Origin: Vulcanimicrobiota bacterium
GTDB lineage: Bacteria; Vulcanimicrobiota; Vulcanimicrobiia; Vulcanimicrobiales; Vulcanimicrobiaceae
Assembly (NCBI GenBank): GCA_963777315.1
Contig: CAVZQC010000004.1
Location: 512,001 to 576,000, forward strand
Direction: 5' to 3'
DNA length: 64,000 nucleotides
Position 1 is the first letter of the stretch. The number at the start of each line of letters is the position of its first letter. A model generated the notes under the pieces. It did no database searches, had not been told where the DNA came from, and saw only the letters and a list, made by a program, of their open reading frames with translations. The position numbers and the translations under genes were made by a program. Below, piece by piece: positions 1 through 10,065 of the stretch.

Positions 1-304
1 CCAGCCATGCGCCTAGGGTCATCGTGCTGCTGTAGTGCGAGGGGTGCCGGGCGATGCGTTTGATGACGGCGCCTGCAACGCACGCGCGCGGATACTGCGC
101 GACGTCGCCCGAGATGCCGTAGTTGCCGATCATCGGATAGGTGAACGTCAGTATTTGACCCGCGTACGACGGATCCGTGAGTGCTTCTTCGTATCCCGTC
201 ATGCCGGTGTAAAAGACCGCCTCTCCCAGGGCGACGCCTTCGTAATCCAACCCTACGCCGTCAAAGCGCGTGCCGTCGGCCAAAAACAATGCAGCGCGCT
301 TCAC
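1..304 (-). CDS. carA: carbamoyl-phosphate synthase small subunit (5' part; runs off window)
   Basis: Manual translation: VKRAALFLADGTRFDG...GEAVFYTGMTGYEEALTDPSYAGQILTFTYPMIGNYG; GTG start overlaps pyrC stop. Confidence 0.93.
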   Translation of the reverse strand, partial: MKRAALFLADGTRFDGVGLDYEGVALGEAVFYTGMTGYEEALTDPSYAGQILTFTYPMIGNYGISGDVAQYPRACVAGAVIKRIARHPSHYSSTMTLGAWL

Positions 305-1569
305 GGTACGCGCTCCTGCTCCATCATCACGCGACCTGCAACGATTGTGGCCAGCGCGCGACGCGGCAGCATCATGCCGGCAAACGGCGTGGCGGTGCCT
401 TTCGAGCGGAAGTTCTGCGGATCGACGCGCCACGGGCGGTCGGCGAACACCGTGACGTCGGCGGGCGATCCTCGCGAGAGGGTGCCGCCCGGAACGCCCA
501 AAATGCGCGCGGGGTTCGTCGAACACATCGCGACGAATCGTTCCAGCGGCAAGTCCGCGACGGCCCCTGCATAGGCGCCCAGCGCGATCTCCAAGCCCGA
601 AAATCCGACGGCTGCGCGCGCAATGTCCTCGTTTTTCTCCGCCGGCGTGTGTGGGGCGTGATCGGTAGCGAACGCGTCGATCTCGCCGCGGCGGACGGCC
701 GCGCGCAAGGCGTCCACGTCGGTTTGCGATCGCAGCGGCGGATTGACTTTGGCGAGCGGACCGAGCCGCTCGATCAGCTCGTCGGTGAAGAAAAGGTGAT
801 GCGGTGTGACCTCACAGGTGATTGCGGCGCCCCGGCTGCGCGCCGCAGCCAGGATTCCCAGCGCGCCTGCGCTGGAGAGATGCGCAACGTGCCAAGCCTT
901 GCCGGTGTCTTGCGCGATGAGCGCGTCGCGCGCCACGATCACGTCCTCGGCTATCGACGGACTGCCGGTCAAGCCAAGCCTGTGCGAAACTGCGCCCTGG
1001 TTCATGACCGCATTGCCTTTGAGCGCTTCGTCTTCGCAATGCGCGATGAAGCAGCCCGCAACGTCGCGCGCCGCCAATGCCGCGCGGCGCAAAACGCCGG
1101 CATCCATCACCGTCGCGCCGTCGTCGCTGAAAGCGACCGCGCCTGCACGTGCGAGCGCGGCGTAATCCAAAATCGCGCGTCCCAGGCGCCCGCGCGTAAT
1201 GGCGGCGATCGGATAGACCCGGCAAGATGCGCCCAGTGCAAGCTGCTGCACTATCCCAATCGCTTCCGGGCTGTCCAACGGCGGATCGGTGTTGGGCATG
1301 GCGGCGACGGCGGTAAACCCGCCCGCAACGGCGGCTGCCGTACCGGTTTGAATCGTTTCCTTTTGCGGATCGCCCGGCTCGCGCAGATGCACGTGCATGT
1401 CGATGAATCCCGGCGCGACGTACGCGCCGCCCGCGTCCAAACACGGCTCGTCCGTGCCTGCTTCCAGGTGTTCTCCGATTTCGGCGATCACGTCGCCGTG
1501 AATGCGCACGTCGAGCGCCGAATCGATGCGTTGGCTCGGGTCTATCAGCCGGCCGTTGCGGATGAGCAT
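301..1569 (-). CDS. pyrC: dihydroorotase
   Basis: MLIRNGRLIDPS...PGFIDMHVHLREPG, AMPNT, KVNPPLR, ATDHAPH motifs (C-terminal part of ORF 301..2535). Confidence 0.95.
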   Translation of the reverse strand: MLIRNGRLIDPSQRIDSALDVRIHGDVIAEIGEHLEAGTDEPCLDAGGAYVAPGFIDMHVHLREPGDPQKETIQTGTAAAVAGGFTAVAAMPNTDPPLDSPEAIGIVQQLALGASCRVYPIAAITRGRLGRAILDYAALARAGAVAFSDDGATVMDAGVLRRAALAARDVAGCFIAHCEDEALKGNAVMNQGAVSHRLGLTGSPSIAEDVIVARDALIAQDTGKAWHVAHLSSAGALGILAAARSRGAAITCEVTPHHLFFTDELIERLGPLAKVNPPLRSQTDVDALRAAVRRGEIDAFATDHAPHTPAEKNEDIARAAVGFSGLEIALGAYAGAVADLPLERFVAMCSTNPARILGVPGGTLSRGSPADVTVFADRPWRVDPQNFRSKGTATPFAGMMLPRRALATIVAGRVMMEQERVP

Positions 1570-1580
1570 TCGCGGGCGGA

Positions 1581-2499
1581 CTACTGCGCGACGAGCGCTC
1601 TCGCGCCGTTGATCAGAAAATCGAGCACTGCCATGCGCACGCTCACGCCGTGCATCACTTGACGCGCGTACCGCCATCCGGCAAACGTCAGCACCGAATC
1701 GTCGAGCTCGACGCCGCGATTGTACGGACCGGGGTGCATGACGATCGTCTCGTCGCGTACCCGAGCTGAGGCGCGCGGAATCCAAACGGTATTTAGAGAT
1801 GTACTCCTGGTCGGAAATCGGCATGTCGTCGAAGCGCTCGCGCTGAATCCGCAGCAGAACGATCGCGTCGACCTCGCCGAGCACCGCGTCGAAATTCCGC
1901 TCTACGCGCACGCCGGGCAGCATGAAATCGTCCGGTAAGAATCCCGGCGGTCCGACCAAAATCACCTGGGCGCCCAAGCTGTGCAGCCCCGCTATGCTCG
2001 AATGTGCGACCCGGCTGTGCAGGATGTCGCCGACGATCGCGATTTTGCGTCCGCGCAACTCGCCGAATTCCTCGCGCAGCGTATACAGATCCAACAGCGC
2101 TTGCGTGGGATGCGCGTGGCCTCCGTCGCCCGCGTTGATCACGTGCCCATCGAACACCAGCGCCACCCGCCGCGGAAAACCCGGTTCGGGATGCCTGATG
2201 ACGATGACGTTCACGCCCATCGCCGCCAAGGTTATCGCAGTGTCTTCAATCGTCTCGCCTTTGCTCAAGCTCGATTCTTTGGGCCAAATCGTGATGACGT
2301 CCGCGCCCAGGCGCTTTTGGGCGAGCGTGAACGACGTCATCGTGCGCGTGCTGTGTTCGAAAAACATGTTCACGCACGCGATGCCTTCCAGGATGCGGAC
2401 GGGACGCTCGCGTTCGAAGTCGGCGGTGCGCTCGAAGATGTAATCGATCTCCGCTGCGGTGAGATCGTCCAGATCGATGAGACTACGTCTGGTCCGCAA
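1581..2499 (-). CDS. pyrB: aspartate carbamoyltransferase catalytic subunit (apparent +1 frameshift at ~1760-1767)
   Basis: FFEHSTRT, HPTQALLD, GDILHSRVAHS, LRIQRER; C-terminal IVMHPGPYNRGVEL...VRMAVL lies in another frame; TTG start after GAGGTG. Confidence 0.92.
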
Positions 2500-3028
2500 C
2501 GATCGCCACCTCGTCGTCCGCGCAAAGCTCTGCATGCACGCTCACGACGACGCGCTCGCGCCGGCTTGTGGGGATGAACCGGCCCACGTAGTCGGCCTGA
2601 ATCGGCAGTTCGCGCAAGCCGCGGTCCACCAGAACGCAAAGCCGGACGGCGGCTGGACGCCCGAGATCCGTCACGGCGTCCAGCGCAGAGCGCACGGTCC
2701 GCCCGGTATAGAGCACGTCGTCCACAACGACGACGGTTTGACCCGTTACGTCACCCGGAATTTTCGATTCGGGCAGTTCGCGCGAAACTTCGTCGTCGCG
2801 ATACAAGTTGATGTTCAGAAAACCCAGCGGCGGTTTGTTCCCGCTGATGCGCTCGATGTGCGTTGCGACGCGCTGCGCGAGAGCTTCTCCTCCGCGGCGT
2901 ATGCCGATGAGGTACAGAGCGTCCTGCGCGTCCTGCGGTTCGAGTATTTGGTGCGCGAGGCGGGCGACGATGCGGTCGATCTCCGGCGGCTCGATCAACA
3001 CGCGCCGCTTTACGGTCGATGCCGTCAT
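2483..3028 (-). CDS. pyrR: bifunctional pyrimidine regulator/uracil phosphoribosyltransferase
   Basis: LYRDD, VVVVDDVLYTGRTVRSALDA, LVDRGLRELPIQADYVG. Confidence 0.93.
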   Translation of the reverse strand: MTASTVKRRVLIEPPEIDRIVARLAHQILEPQDAQDALYLIGIRRGGEALAQRVATHIERISGNKPPLGFLNINLYRDDEVSRELPESKIPGDVTGQTVVVVDDVLYTGRTVRSALDAVTDLGRPAAVRLCVLVDRGLRELPIQADYVGRFIPTSRRERVVVSVHAELCADDEVAIVADQT

Positions 3029-5638
3029 CAGCTCACTCCCATGGCTTCGAGCGCAGCTTCGACGCGGGCCAGCTGCTCGCGATAGCCGCGCAGTTTATCG
3101 CGTTCCTTCGCCACTACTTCATGCCTGGCATTTGCCACGAAACGCTCGTCGGCCAGTTTCTGCTCTCCCCGGCTGACCTCGGCGCGCAGCTGCACGGCCT
3201 CCTTTTTATAGCGTTCGACGAGCACGCCCTCCGGAGCCGCGCCTTGAACCGCCGCCAATGCCTGCTCGACGGTGGCCGCAGGCGTCTGCGTGAGCGACGG
3301 CTCGCCGCCGGTGTACGTAGCCAGCAGCGATGCCAGCGCCTGCGGGAGCGCGCGCGGCACCAGCAACGTCAGCGTATCGCGGCGCTGCAAACCCATTTCT
3401 GCGCGCAGATTGCGCAGCCGCTCGACCGCGGCTCGCAACGCTTCGAAGATCTCGGCGGCGTCGCGATCCACCGGAACCTCGGCCGGATCGGGCCACGCCG
3501 CCGTTACGATCGTTTCACCGTCGTGCGGCAGGCGCAGCCAAATCTCTTCGGTGATGAACGGTTCGATCGGGTGAAGCAGACGCATCGCGTTGTTCATGAC
3601 GAACGACAGCACGGCCGCGCGCGTGCGTGCAGCGTACGGATCTTTGGTCGACTCCAAGTACCAGTCGCACAGTTCGTACCATACGAACCGCCATAGCGTT
3701 TCGGCCACCGCGCCGAAATCGTAGCCGTCCAAGCCGCGCGTGACCGTTACGATGGTGTCGTGCAGCCGCGCGAGTATCCATTTGTCCGCGAGGGTCATTT
3801 GCTCGGAAGGCGGCAAGGTCATTGCGCCGGGCAATCCTTCGGGCAGCTTGAGCAGCGCGTAGCGCAGCGCGTTCCACATCTTGTTGTTGAAGTTGCGCGC
3901 TTCCTGACAGCGGGATTCGTGAAAACGCACTTCCTGGCCCTCGATGCGCATCTGGCGCATCATCCCCATGCGGAACGCGTCGGCACCGTATTTTTCAACC
4001 AGCGAGAGCGGATCGATCGCGTTGCCGAGCGATTTGCTCATCTTGCGGCCCTTCGCGTCGAAGACCAGCGGCGCGACGAATACGTCGCGAAAGGGAACCT
4101 CGCCCATGAACCGCAGGCCGAGCATCACCATGCGCGCCACCCACAAGAAGATGATCTCCCAACCGGTGACGAGCACTTGCGAGGGGTACCAGTGCTCGAG
4201 TTCGGGGGTGTGCTCGGGCCAGCCCAAAATCGAAAACGGCCACAGCGCACTGGAAAACCACGTGTCGAGCGTATCCGGGTCGCGCGTGAGAACGACGTCG
4301 GGCCCGTACTGTTCGCGAGCGATGCCGTAGGCTTCGTGCTCGGTTTGCGCTACGATGACGCCCCCATCGGGCGCGTACCAGACCGGCAGCTGATGGCCCC
4401 ACCACACTTGCCGCGAGACGTTCCAGTCGCGAATGTTTTCTAACCACTGTTCGTACGTGCGGCCGTACCGCTGCGGAACGAACCGCACGCGTCCTTGGCG
4501 ATACGCCTGCAGCGCGGGTTGCGCGAGCGGCTTCATGGCGACGAACCACTGCAGCATCAGCAGCGGTTCGATGACTTCGCCGGTGCGTTCGCTCACCGCG
4601 ACCGCGTGGCGGTGCGCGCGCTCTTCGACCAGCAATCCGAGTTCGCGCAGATCGTCCACTATCGCCTTACGCGCGTCGTAGCGATCCATTCCTTCGTATT
4701 TGCCCACCGGTACGTCCGCTGCAGTGATCCGCGCGTCCAGCGCAAGCACACCTGGCATCGCCAAACCATGGCGCCGTCCGATGTCGTAGTCCGTCGGATC
4801 GTGTCCCGGCGTGACTTTGACCGCACCGGTTCCGAAATCGGGTTCTACGGCGGCATCGGCAAGGACGGGAATCGATCGCTGCAGCAACGGCGGCACGAGC
4901 ACGATCTTGCCGACGAACGCGCGGTACCGTTCGTCGTCGGGATGCACCGCGATCGCGACGTCGGCCAGCATGGTTTCGGGCCTGGTGGTTGCAACTTCGA
5001 TCGCGCCGTTACCGTCCGCGAACGGATAGCGCACGCGCCACAACGTCGCGTCGCGTTCGACGTGCTCGACCTCGGCGTCGGAAATCGTCGTTTGAGCTTT
5101 GGGATCCCAATTGATCAGGCGCTTGCCGCGATAGACCAAGCCTTGGCGGTACAGACTCGACAAAAACGCGGCGCACCGCCGCGGAAAGGCCTTCGTCCAT
5201 CGTGAACCGGCTGCGCGCCCAATCTGGGCCGAAACCCAGTTTGCGGAATTGACCGTCGATCGTTCCGCCGTATTCGCGGGCCCAGCTCCACGCGCGCTCG
5301 AGATACCGTTCGCGGCCGAGCGACTCACGGCTCCGGCCCTCTTTGGCAAGCTCCTTGACCAGCACGGCTTCGGTCGCAAGCGCGGCGTGATCCGTACCGG
5401 GAAGCCAGTCGGCGTTGTCGCCGAGCATTCGCCGGTAACGGACCAGCGCGTCCATCGGCGCATACGTCGACCCATGTCCCAAATGCGCGCGCCCCGTGAC
5501 GTTGGGCGGCGGCATACAGATGATGAACGGCGGCCGCGCGGGATCGGGTTCTTCGTGAAAGTAGCCGGCGCGTTCCCAGCGCGCGTACAGACGCTCTTCG
5601 ACCGCTTTGGGATCGTAGTGTTCGGGAAGCTCGGTCAC
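3028..5638 (-). CDS. valS: valine--tRNA ligase (apparent +1 frameshift at ~5155)
   Basis: PPPNVTGRAHLGH (HIGH), TTRPET, DWNVSRQVWWGH, KMSKS, C-terminal coiled coil; split between ORFs 5009..5638 and 3028..5475. Confidence 0.95.
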
Positions 5639-5700
5639 CGCTTGCCAGTGTTCTCAGAGGGTGCGCGGTTGTCTTGCCGGCCCGCGCGCCGCCGCGGACG

Positions 5701-6096
5701 TTACTCCGCCAGCGAACCGCGCAGCCGCACGTCCGTGTATTCGCCCGTGTCGACCATTTGGCGCAAGCCCGCCACTATCTCGTCGCGATCCGCTGCTTTG
5801 GCCAGCACGGCGTTTGCCCCTGAAAAATGGCACGCTTTGGCCCATTCCGTGCTGTGCGTGCTCGTGTACACCGCGATCAACGCTTTGGGCAGCAACGTGC
5901 GCAGCAGCGTGATGAACTTGAGCGGCTCCTGCGAAGAAAAATCGACGTCGATGAAAACCAGGTCCGGAGTCTCTTCGAGCAGCTGGCGAAAATTTGCGTC
6001 GCCCGAAAATCGATCGACGGTCAGGCCGAGCTCGCGGAACACTTCGGTCAGGCTGGAAATGAACAGTTCCTGCGGCTCGATGACGTGGACTCTCAT
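5701..6096 (-). CDS. stand-alone NarL-type receiver domain protein (no HTH)
   Basis: MRVHVIEPQ...PDLVFIDVD...VYTS...GANAVLAK...GEY; paralog of 9635..10027. Confidence 0.75.
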   Translation of the reverse strand: MRVHVIEPQELFISSLTEVFRELGLTVDRFSGDANFRQLLEETPDLVFIDVDFSSQEPLKFITLLRTLLPKALIAVYTSTHSTEWAKACHFSGANAVLAKAADRDEIVAGLRQMVDTGEYTDVRLRGSLAE

Positions 6097-6117
6097 TGCA
6101 CACACCCGGGGCAAGAC

Positions 6118-6146
6118 ATTATAAACCCGGTTTGCGTGAAACCGGG
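6118..6146 (-). promoter_or_regulatory. TATAAT -10 box with adjacent inverted repeat CCCGGTTT-N5-AAACCGGG
   Basis: TATAAT on minus strand at 6118-6123; perfect 8-bp inverted repeat 6126-6146 just upstream. Confidence 0.4.
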
Positions 6147-6185
6147 CGGCTGCCCTCTAAAGCTGCAGAACTTCTTCACGCTACC

Positions 6186-6358
6186 TCGATGCTGGCGCGC
6201 TATTGCACGCCCATCAATGGTAGGTGGCTGATGAACCTTGCGGCCAGATGGGTATGGTCCCAGGCCGTTGAGAAAAACGTCGCCTCTGTGACGGTGCCTT
6301 CGCTTTGGATCTTTTACCGGGAGCCCTGTCACAGGACGACCGGCGCGCCAAGCGTCGA
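6186..6358 (+). ncRNA. candidate structured intergenic RNA (unassigned)
   Basis: Long closing stem 6186-6200/6343-6358 plus internal stems; G-U pairs favour + strand; no family recognised. Confidence 0.3.
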
Positions 6359-6385
6359 TCGTCCCGAAGACCGGCTGCTAAAGCG

Positions 6386-7024
6386 TCAGACCAAGCCCAT
6401 CTTGATGGCGTGCACCGCCGCTTGGGTTCGCGCGTAGATGTTCAACTTGGAAAAGATGCGGCTGACGTGGTTCTTGATCGTCTTTTCCGAAAGGTGCAAT
6501 CGAGCACTAATTTGCTTGTTGGACAAGCCTTCGGCGATGAGCCGGATGACTTCGGTTTCGCGCACCGAAAGTTCGCTGGGGTCGGGCCGCCCGTTGCTCA
6601 TGCTGCGGCGACGCAGCAATCCGCCCGCGACGCGCGGATCGACGTACGTTTCGCCCGCGGCGACCATTTTGACGGCGCGGATCAGCTCGCTGGGCGTTAC
6701 GTCTTTGACGATGTAACCCTCGGCGCCGGCGGCCAGGCAGCACTGCATCATTTCGGCCTGAGGGCGCATCGACAATATGCAGACGCGAGCGTCCGGCACG
6801 GTTTCGCGGCACAGCGTAAGCGCTTCTCCGACCTCGAGATTGCTGCCGTCGACGTCGATCAAAATCAAATCCGGGCGAGCTTTGGCAAGCGCTGCTGCGT
6901 AAACGGTCGGCGAGTCTCCGACGATTTGGAGCGACGGATCCATGGAAAATACTTGGCACAGTGCCTTCGCGAAGAGCACCTGGCCTTCAACTACGTAAAT
7001 GCGGGCCGTTTGAGTTGTAATCAC
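6386..7024 (-). CDS. NarL/LuxR-family response regulator (REC + LuxR HTH)
   Basis: PDLILIDVD, GAEGYIVKD, LSVRETEVIRLIAEGLSNKQISARLHLSEKTIKNHVSRIFSKL; GTG start after AAGGGGG. Confidence 0.92.
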   Translation of the reverse strand: MITTQTARIYVVEGQVLFAKALCQVFSMDPSLQIVGDSPTVYAAALAKARPDLILIDVDGSNLEVGEALTLCRETVPDARVCILSMRPQAEMMQCCLAAGAEGYIVKDVTPSELIRAVKMVAAGETYVDPRVAGGLLRRRSMSNGRPDPSELSVRETEVIRLIAEGLSNKQISARLHLSEKTIKNHVSRIFSKLNIYARTQAAVHAIKMGLV

Positions 7025-7272
7025 GCTACTTCTTCCCCCTTGAAGAAAACGCACTAGAGTATTGGGTAGTTAGACCGAGGCCTAGTCTTCTAAGTCGGGA
7101 CCAGAGGCCGTGTCCGGGACACCTTTCCCACTTTAACACTATTTTCGCAAAACTCGGGCCAATCGGGCTAAAAATGAGTCCAAGCGACCATCCGCGGCCC
7201 TAGCCGCGCGCACTGGAAGTCCCGCCGAAACGCCCGGAGCCCGGGAATATCCGCCCGGGCTGGCCGGTGCAG

Positions 7273-8664
7273 CTAACCGTGGGAACGGCCAGGTGCCGAG
7301 CGCCCAGCAGAGCTCCAGACGGCTTGCAGTCGCCCCATGGCCGGCCGGACGCTGTATTCGCGCTCGATGAACTGGGCGGCATCGCGTTGCGGCCCCAGCG
7401 TTCCGGCGCAATGGCGGGCATACAGTCCCGCGACGATTTCCCGCACGAGTCCCATCGGGGCCGCTGCAGCGACGTATGGGAACGACTGCGTCCAAACGAC
7501 GTGACGGCCAAAGCTGAGAGCCTCGAGCACCATAAGCGATAGTCCGTCGCGCCGATCGACGAGCCGAACCAGAACGGTCGCTTGGGGATAAATCGCCTCC
7601 AAAGAGTGCTGCCATCCTAGATTGACGGCCTCCACACCGTCCGGGATCTCGAGCGCGCCGCCGCCCACGATGAGGTAACGTATTTCCGCGCCAAGCGTTT
7701 CGCGCATGAGCTCTCGGATCACGTCCCTGCCGTAATGCTCCCCTCGGGTGGCCGGCACGTACAACAGTACCGTGAAGCGCTCGGGCAATGCTGGGACTTC
7801 GCGAGCGGTGAACCGCGGCGGCAAGCTGGCAATCTGCGTCCGAAGTCCTAGGCGGTTTAGCGGCTCGGCCATCCATGCGGTTTCTGCTAAGTGCCGCATG
7901 TATGGGCCGCGGCAGCCGCTGGTGGTCTCGATTCCGCGCTCGACGAGTTCCACGTCGCGTCCTACCCAGTGCACGATGCGTTTCTTACCGATGCTTCGCG
8001 CAATCGGTGCGAGCCAGCGCTCGTGGGGAGGGCCGCCGATCGAATACCACACGTTCGAAAGCACCATGACGACTATCGACGTCGCGTGATCGAGTTTTGA
8101 ATCGAAACGCAGCAGATGCGGCTCCCACTGCTGCGGGAACAGCTCCTCGGTGTAGCGCGCCACGGCGGATGCAAAAACGTCAAACCCGCTCACTGCCAGC
8201 CGGGGAACGGCGCGCTCGCGCGGCACCCGTTGCTGCACGACGCTGTCCAGAAAACGCGGCATGTCGCCATCGTCGCAAACAAGGGATGCCGGCAATCCCA
8301 TAGCTCCCAGCGCTTCAACGAGCGCGTCATCGCGCGCGGCGTGCGCCATCGGCTGCGTCTTGAGTGCCTCGGCCAGCACCGGGCGGTTTGCCACGTTCGC
8401 GACCGACTGCGCCGACCACAGTATTACGAGCGGAATGGCTCGCGCTCGCGCCACCTCGCAGATTAACAGCGCAGGTAGTCCTGCGCCGGTCCAAAGGAAC
8501 GCGTCGCAGCGCATTCCGTAGACGGCCGCACATATTTGCGCCAAGGGCGAATCCGAGAACGCTCGCGCGCGCCATTGGCCGCTTCGCCTATTCAGGACAC
8601 GGGCCGTCCGCCGCGCTGTTGACCGCGTACCGATGACTACAGCTTGCATACGGTCCAGAAGCAT
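7273..8664 (-). CDS. GT-B (GT4-like) glycosyltransferase-like protein
   Basis: IVHWVGRDV, DGLSLMVLEALSFGRHVV; paralog of 23611..25481. Confidence 0.7.
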   Translation of the reverse strand: MLLDRMQAVVIGTRSTARRTARVLNRRSGQWRARAFSDSPLAQICAAVYGMRCDAFLWTGAGLPALLICEVARARAIPLVILWSAQSVANVANRPVLAEALKTQPMAHAARDDALVEALGAMGLPASLVCDDGDMPRFLDSVVQQRVPRERAVPRLAVSGFDVFASAVARYTEELFPQQWEPHLLRFDSKLDHATSIVVMVLSNVWYSIGGPPHERWLAPIARSIGKKRIVHWVGRDVELVERGIETTSGCRGPYMRHLAETAWMAEPLNRLGLRTQIASLPPRFTAREVPALPERFTVLLYVPATRGEHYGRDVIRELMRETLGAEIRYLIVGGGALEIPDGVEAVNLGWQHSLEAIYPQATVLVRLVDRRDGLSLMVLEALSFGRHVVWTQSFPYVAAAAPMGLVREIVAGLYARHCAGTLGPQRDAAQFIEREYSVRPAMGRLQAVWSSAGRSAPGRSHG

Positions 8665-8693
8665 TCAAGCACGCGCGACGAACACTTGTAACG

Positions 8694-9638
8694 ATGCAAA
8701 CGGTCGTTCCGGGAAAGCGCGTGCGGATTTCGGTGATCGTGCGCTCCAAAGGCGATCGGGCGCGAAAAGCGACGCTTCAGCGCGCAATCGCATCGGTATT
8801 GTCGCAAACCGGCGTCGACGTCGAAGTCATTGCCATACTCAACGGGTCCAATTACGATTCCGGCGTCGTCGCGTGGCTGCAGGGCGACGAGCGCATCGTA
8901 TGCCGGGTCTTTCCAGGCCCCGACAAACCGGCTGCAACGGCGCTTGGACGCGCGCTCGTAACGGGGCAGTTCTTCACGTACCTGGATGACGATGACGAGT
9001 TTTTGGAGGACGCGCTGGCGCGGCGGGCCGCCGTACTGCTCGAGCGGCCCGAAGCGGATTGCGTTGCAACCAACGGCTACTGCATCGATGGCGGGAAGTC
9101 CCGAATCGCGTACCCCGATTGCGCGGACTTTCGCGAATCGTTCGTCGAGCCGCTGCTGCGCGGGCACAATTGGCTCACGTCCTGCGGCACGCTGTTTCGC
9201 ACTTCGAGCGTAAGTTTGCCTTACTTCGAGCATCTCACCAAGCACTGCGAATGGACGCTGATCGGCTTTCGCATTGCCTCTAGGCTGCGAGTCGCTTTTC
9301 TGAACGAGCCGACGTTCCGCGTGTACAATACGCCCATTTCCGAATCGAAAACCCTTGCGTACGTCGAAACGGTGCCCCTGGTATTCACTAAGATGCTGGA
9401 GTGGAACCGCGATCGCCGCTTCGTGCGCCCGATACGGCGGTGCAGGTCGATCGCGTTTCACGACGCATGCTCGTACTATCGCATTAGCGGCGGCTTCGGT
9501 CGCGCGTGGACGTTTCACGTGAAAAGCGTGCTGGAAGTGGGTGGGTGGCGCTACGTCCCCTACACCCTTTTGCTGCTGTGCCGGTTTCGGCTGCCGGTGC
9601 AGGCGATTCCGCTGCTCGGCCCCGTGTTCAAGAGCTAG
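8694..9638 (+). CDS. GT2-family glycosyltransferase
   Basis: ISVIV, LQRAIASVLSQT, GQFFTYLDDDDEF (DxD). Confidence 0.85.
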   Translation: MQTVVPGKRVRISVIVRSKGDRARKATLQRAIASVLSQTGVDVEVIAILNGSNYDSGVVAWLQGDERIVCRVFPGPDKPAATALGRALVTGQFFTYLDDDDEFLEDALARRAAVLLERPEADCVATNGYCIDGGKSRIAYPDCADFRESFVEPLLRGHNWLTSCGTLFRTSSVSLPYFEHLTKHCEWTLIGFRIASRLRVAFLNEPTFRVYNTPISESKTLAYVETVPLVFTKMLEWNRDRRFVRPIRRCRSIAFHDACSYYRISGGFGRAWTFHVKSVLEVGGWRYVPYTLLLLCRFRLPVQAIPLLGPVFKS

Positions 9639-10027
9639 AGCCGTTCTCCGGCTGTTTCCGGACCGGTGTACGTGCCTCGCTCGAGCAGCTCCCCGAGCGC
9701 CCATTGCATTTCCGCCTCCGAAGCCGACTTGAAAAGTACGCCGTCGGCCCCTGCGTAGCGGCACGCCGCCGGCCATTCCGCGTTCGCGTTGCCCGTGTAA
9801 ACGCAGATCAGACTTTCCGGCAGCACGGTACGCATGGTTCCGATCGTCGCTATCGGATCGTAAGCCAAATAGTCGATATCGACGAAGAGCAGCTTCGGCT
9901 GGATTCGTACCAGATCCGAAACGTCCACGGCCGGCGAAACCTGGACCACGGTTACGCCGGCGCGTTCGACCGTTTCCAGCAGAGCCGGAACGAAGAGCTC
10001 CTGCGGCTCAATCAAATAGGCGCGCAT
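9635..10027 (-). CDS. stand-alone NarL-type receiver domain protein (no HTH)
   Basis: MRAYLIEPQELF...LLFVDID...VYTG...GADGVLFK...GTY. Confidence 0.75.
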   Translation of the reverse strand: MRAYLIEPQELFVPALLETVERAGVTVVQVSPAVDVSDLVRIQPKLLFVDIDYLAYDPIATIGTMRTVLPESLICVYTGNANAEWPAACRYAGADGVLFKSASEAEMQWALGELLERGTYTGPETAGERL

Positions 10028-10065
10028 GCGGCTTCACCCTTACCATGGCCGTGGGCGCATGATTG

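Noticed and set aside
301..2535. 744-aa PyrB-PyrC fusion
   Set aside because: Artifact of the frameshift at ~1760; the true PyrB C-terminus and stop (1581) lie in another frame
3028..5638. valS (and six other genes) as pseudogenes or programmed frameshifts
   Set aside because: Essential gene, no slippery heptamers, no other decay; the shared AGCT context points to sequencing error
5639..5700. T-box leader for valS
   Set aside because: Only ~60 nt and no T-box GGTGG-ACC motif
6186..6358. SAM-I riboswitch, 6S RNA or retron msr-msd
   Set aside because: Only fragmentary motif resemblance; the likely strand is opposite to the neighbouring genes; no reverse transcriptase in the window
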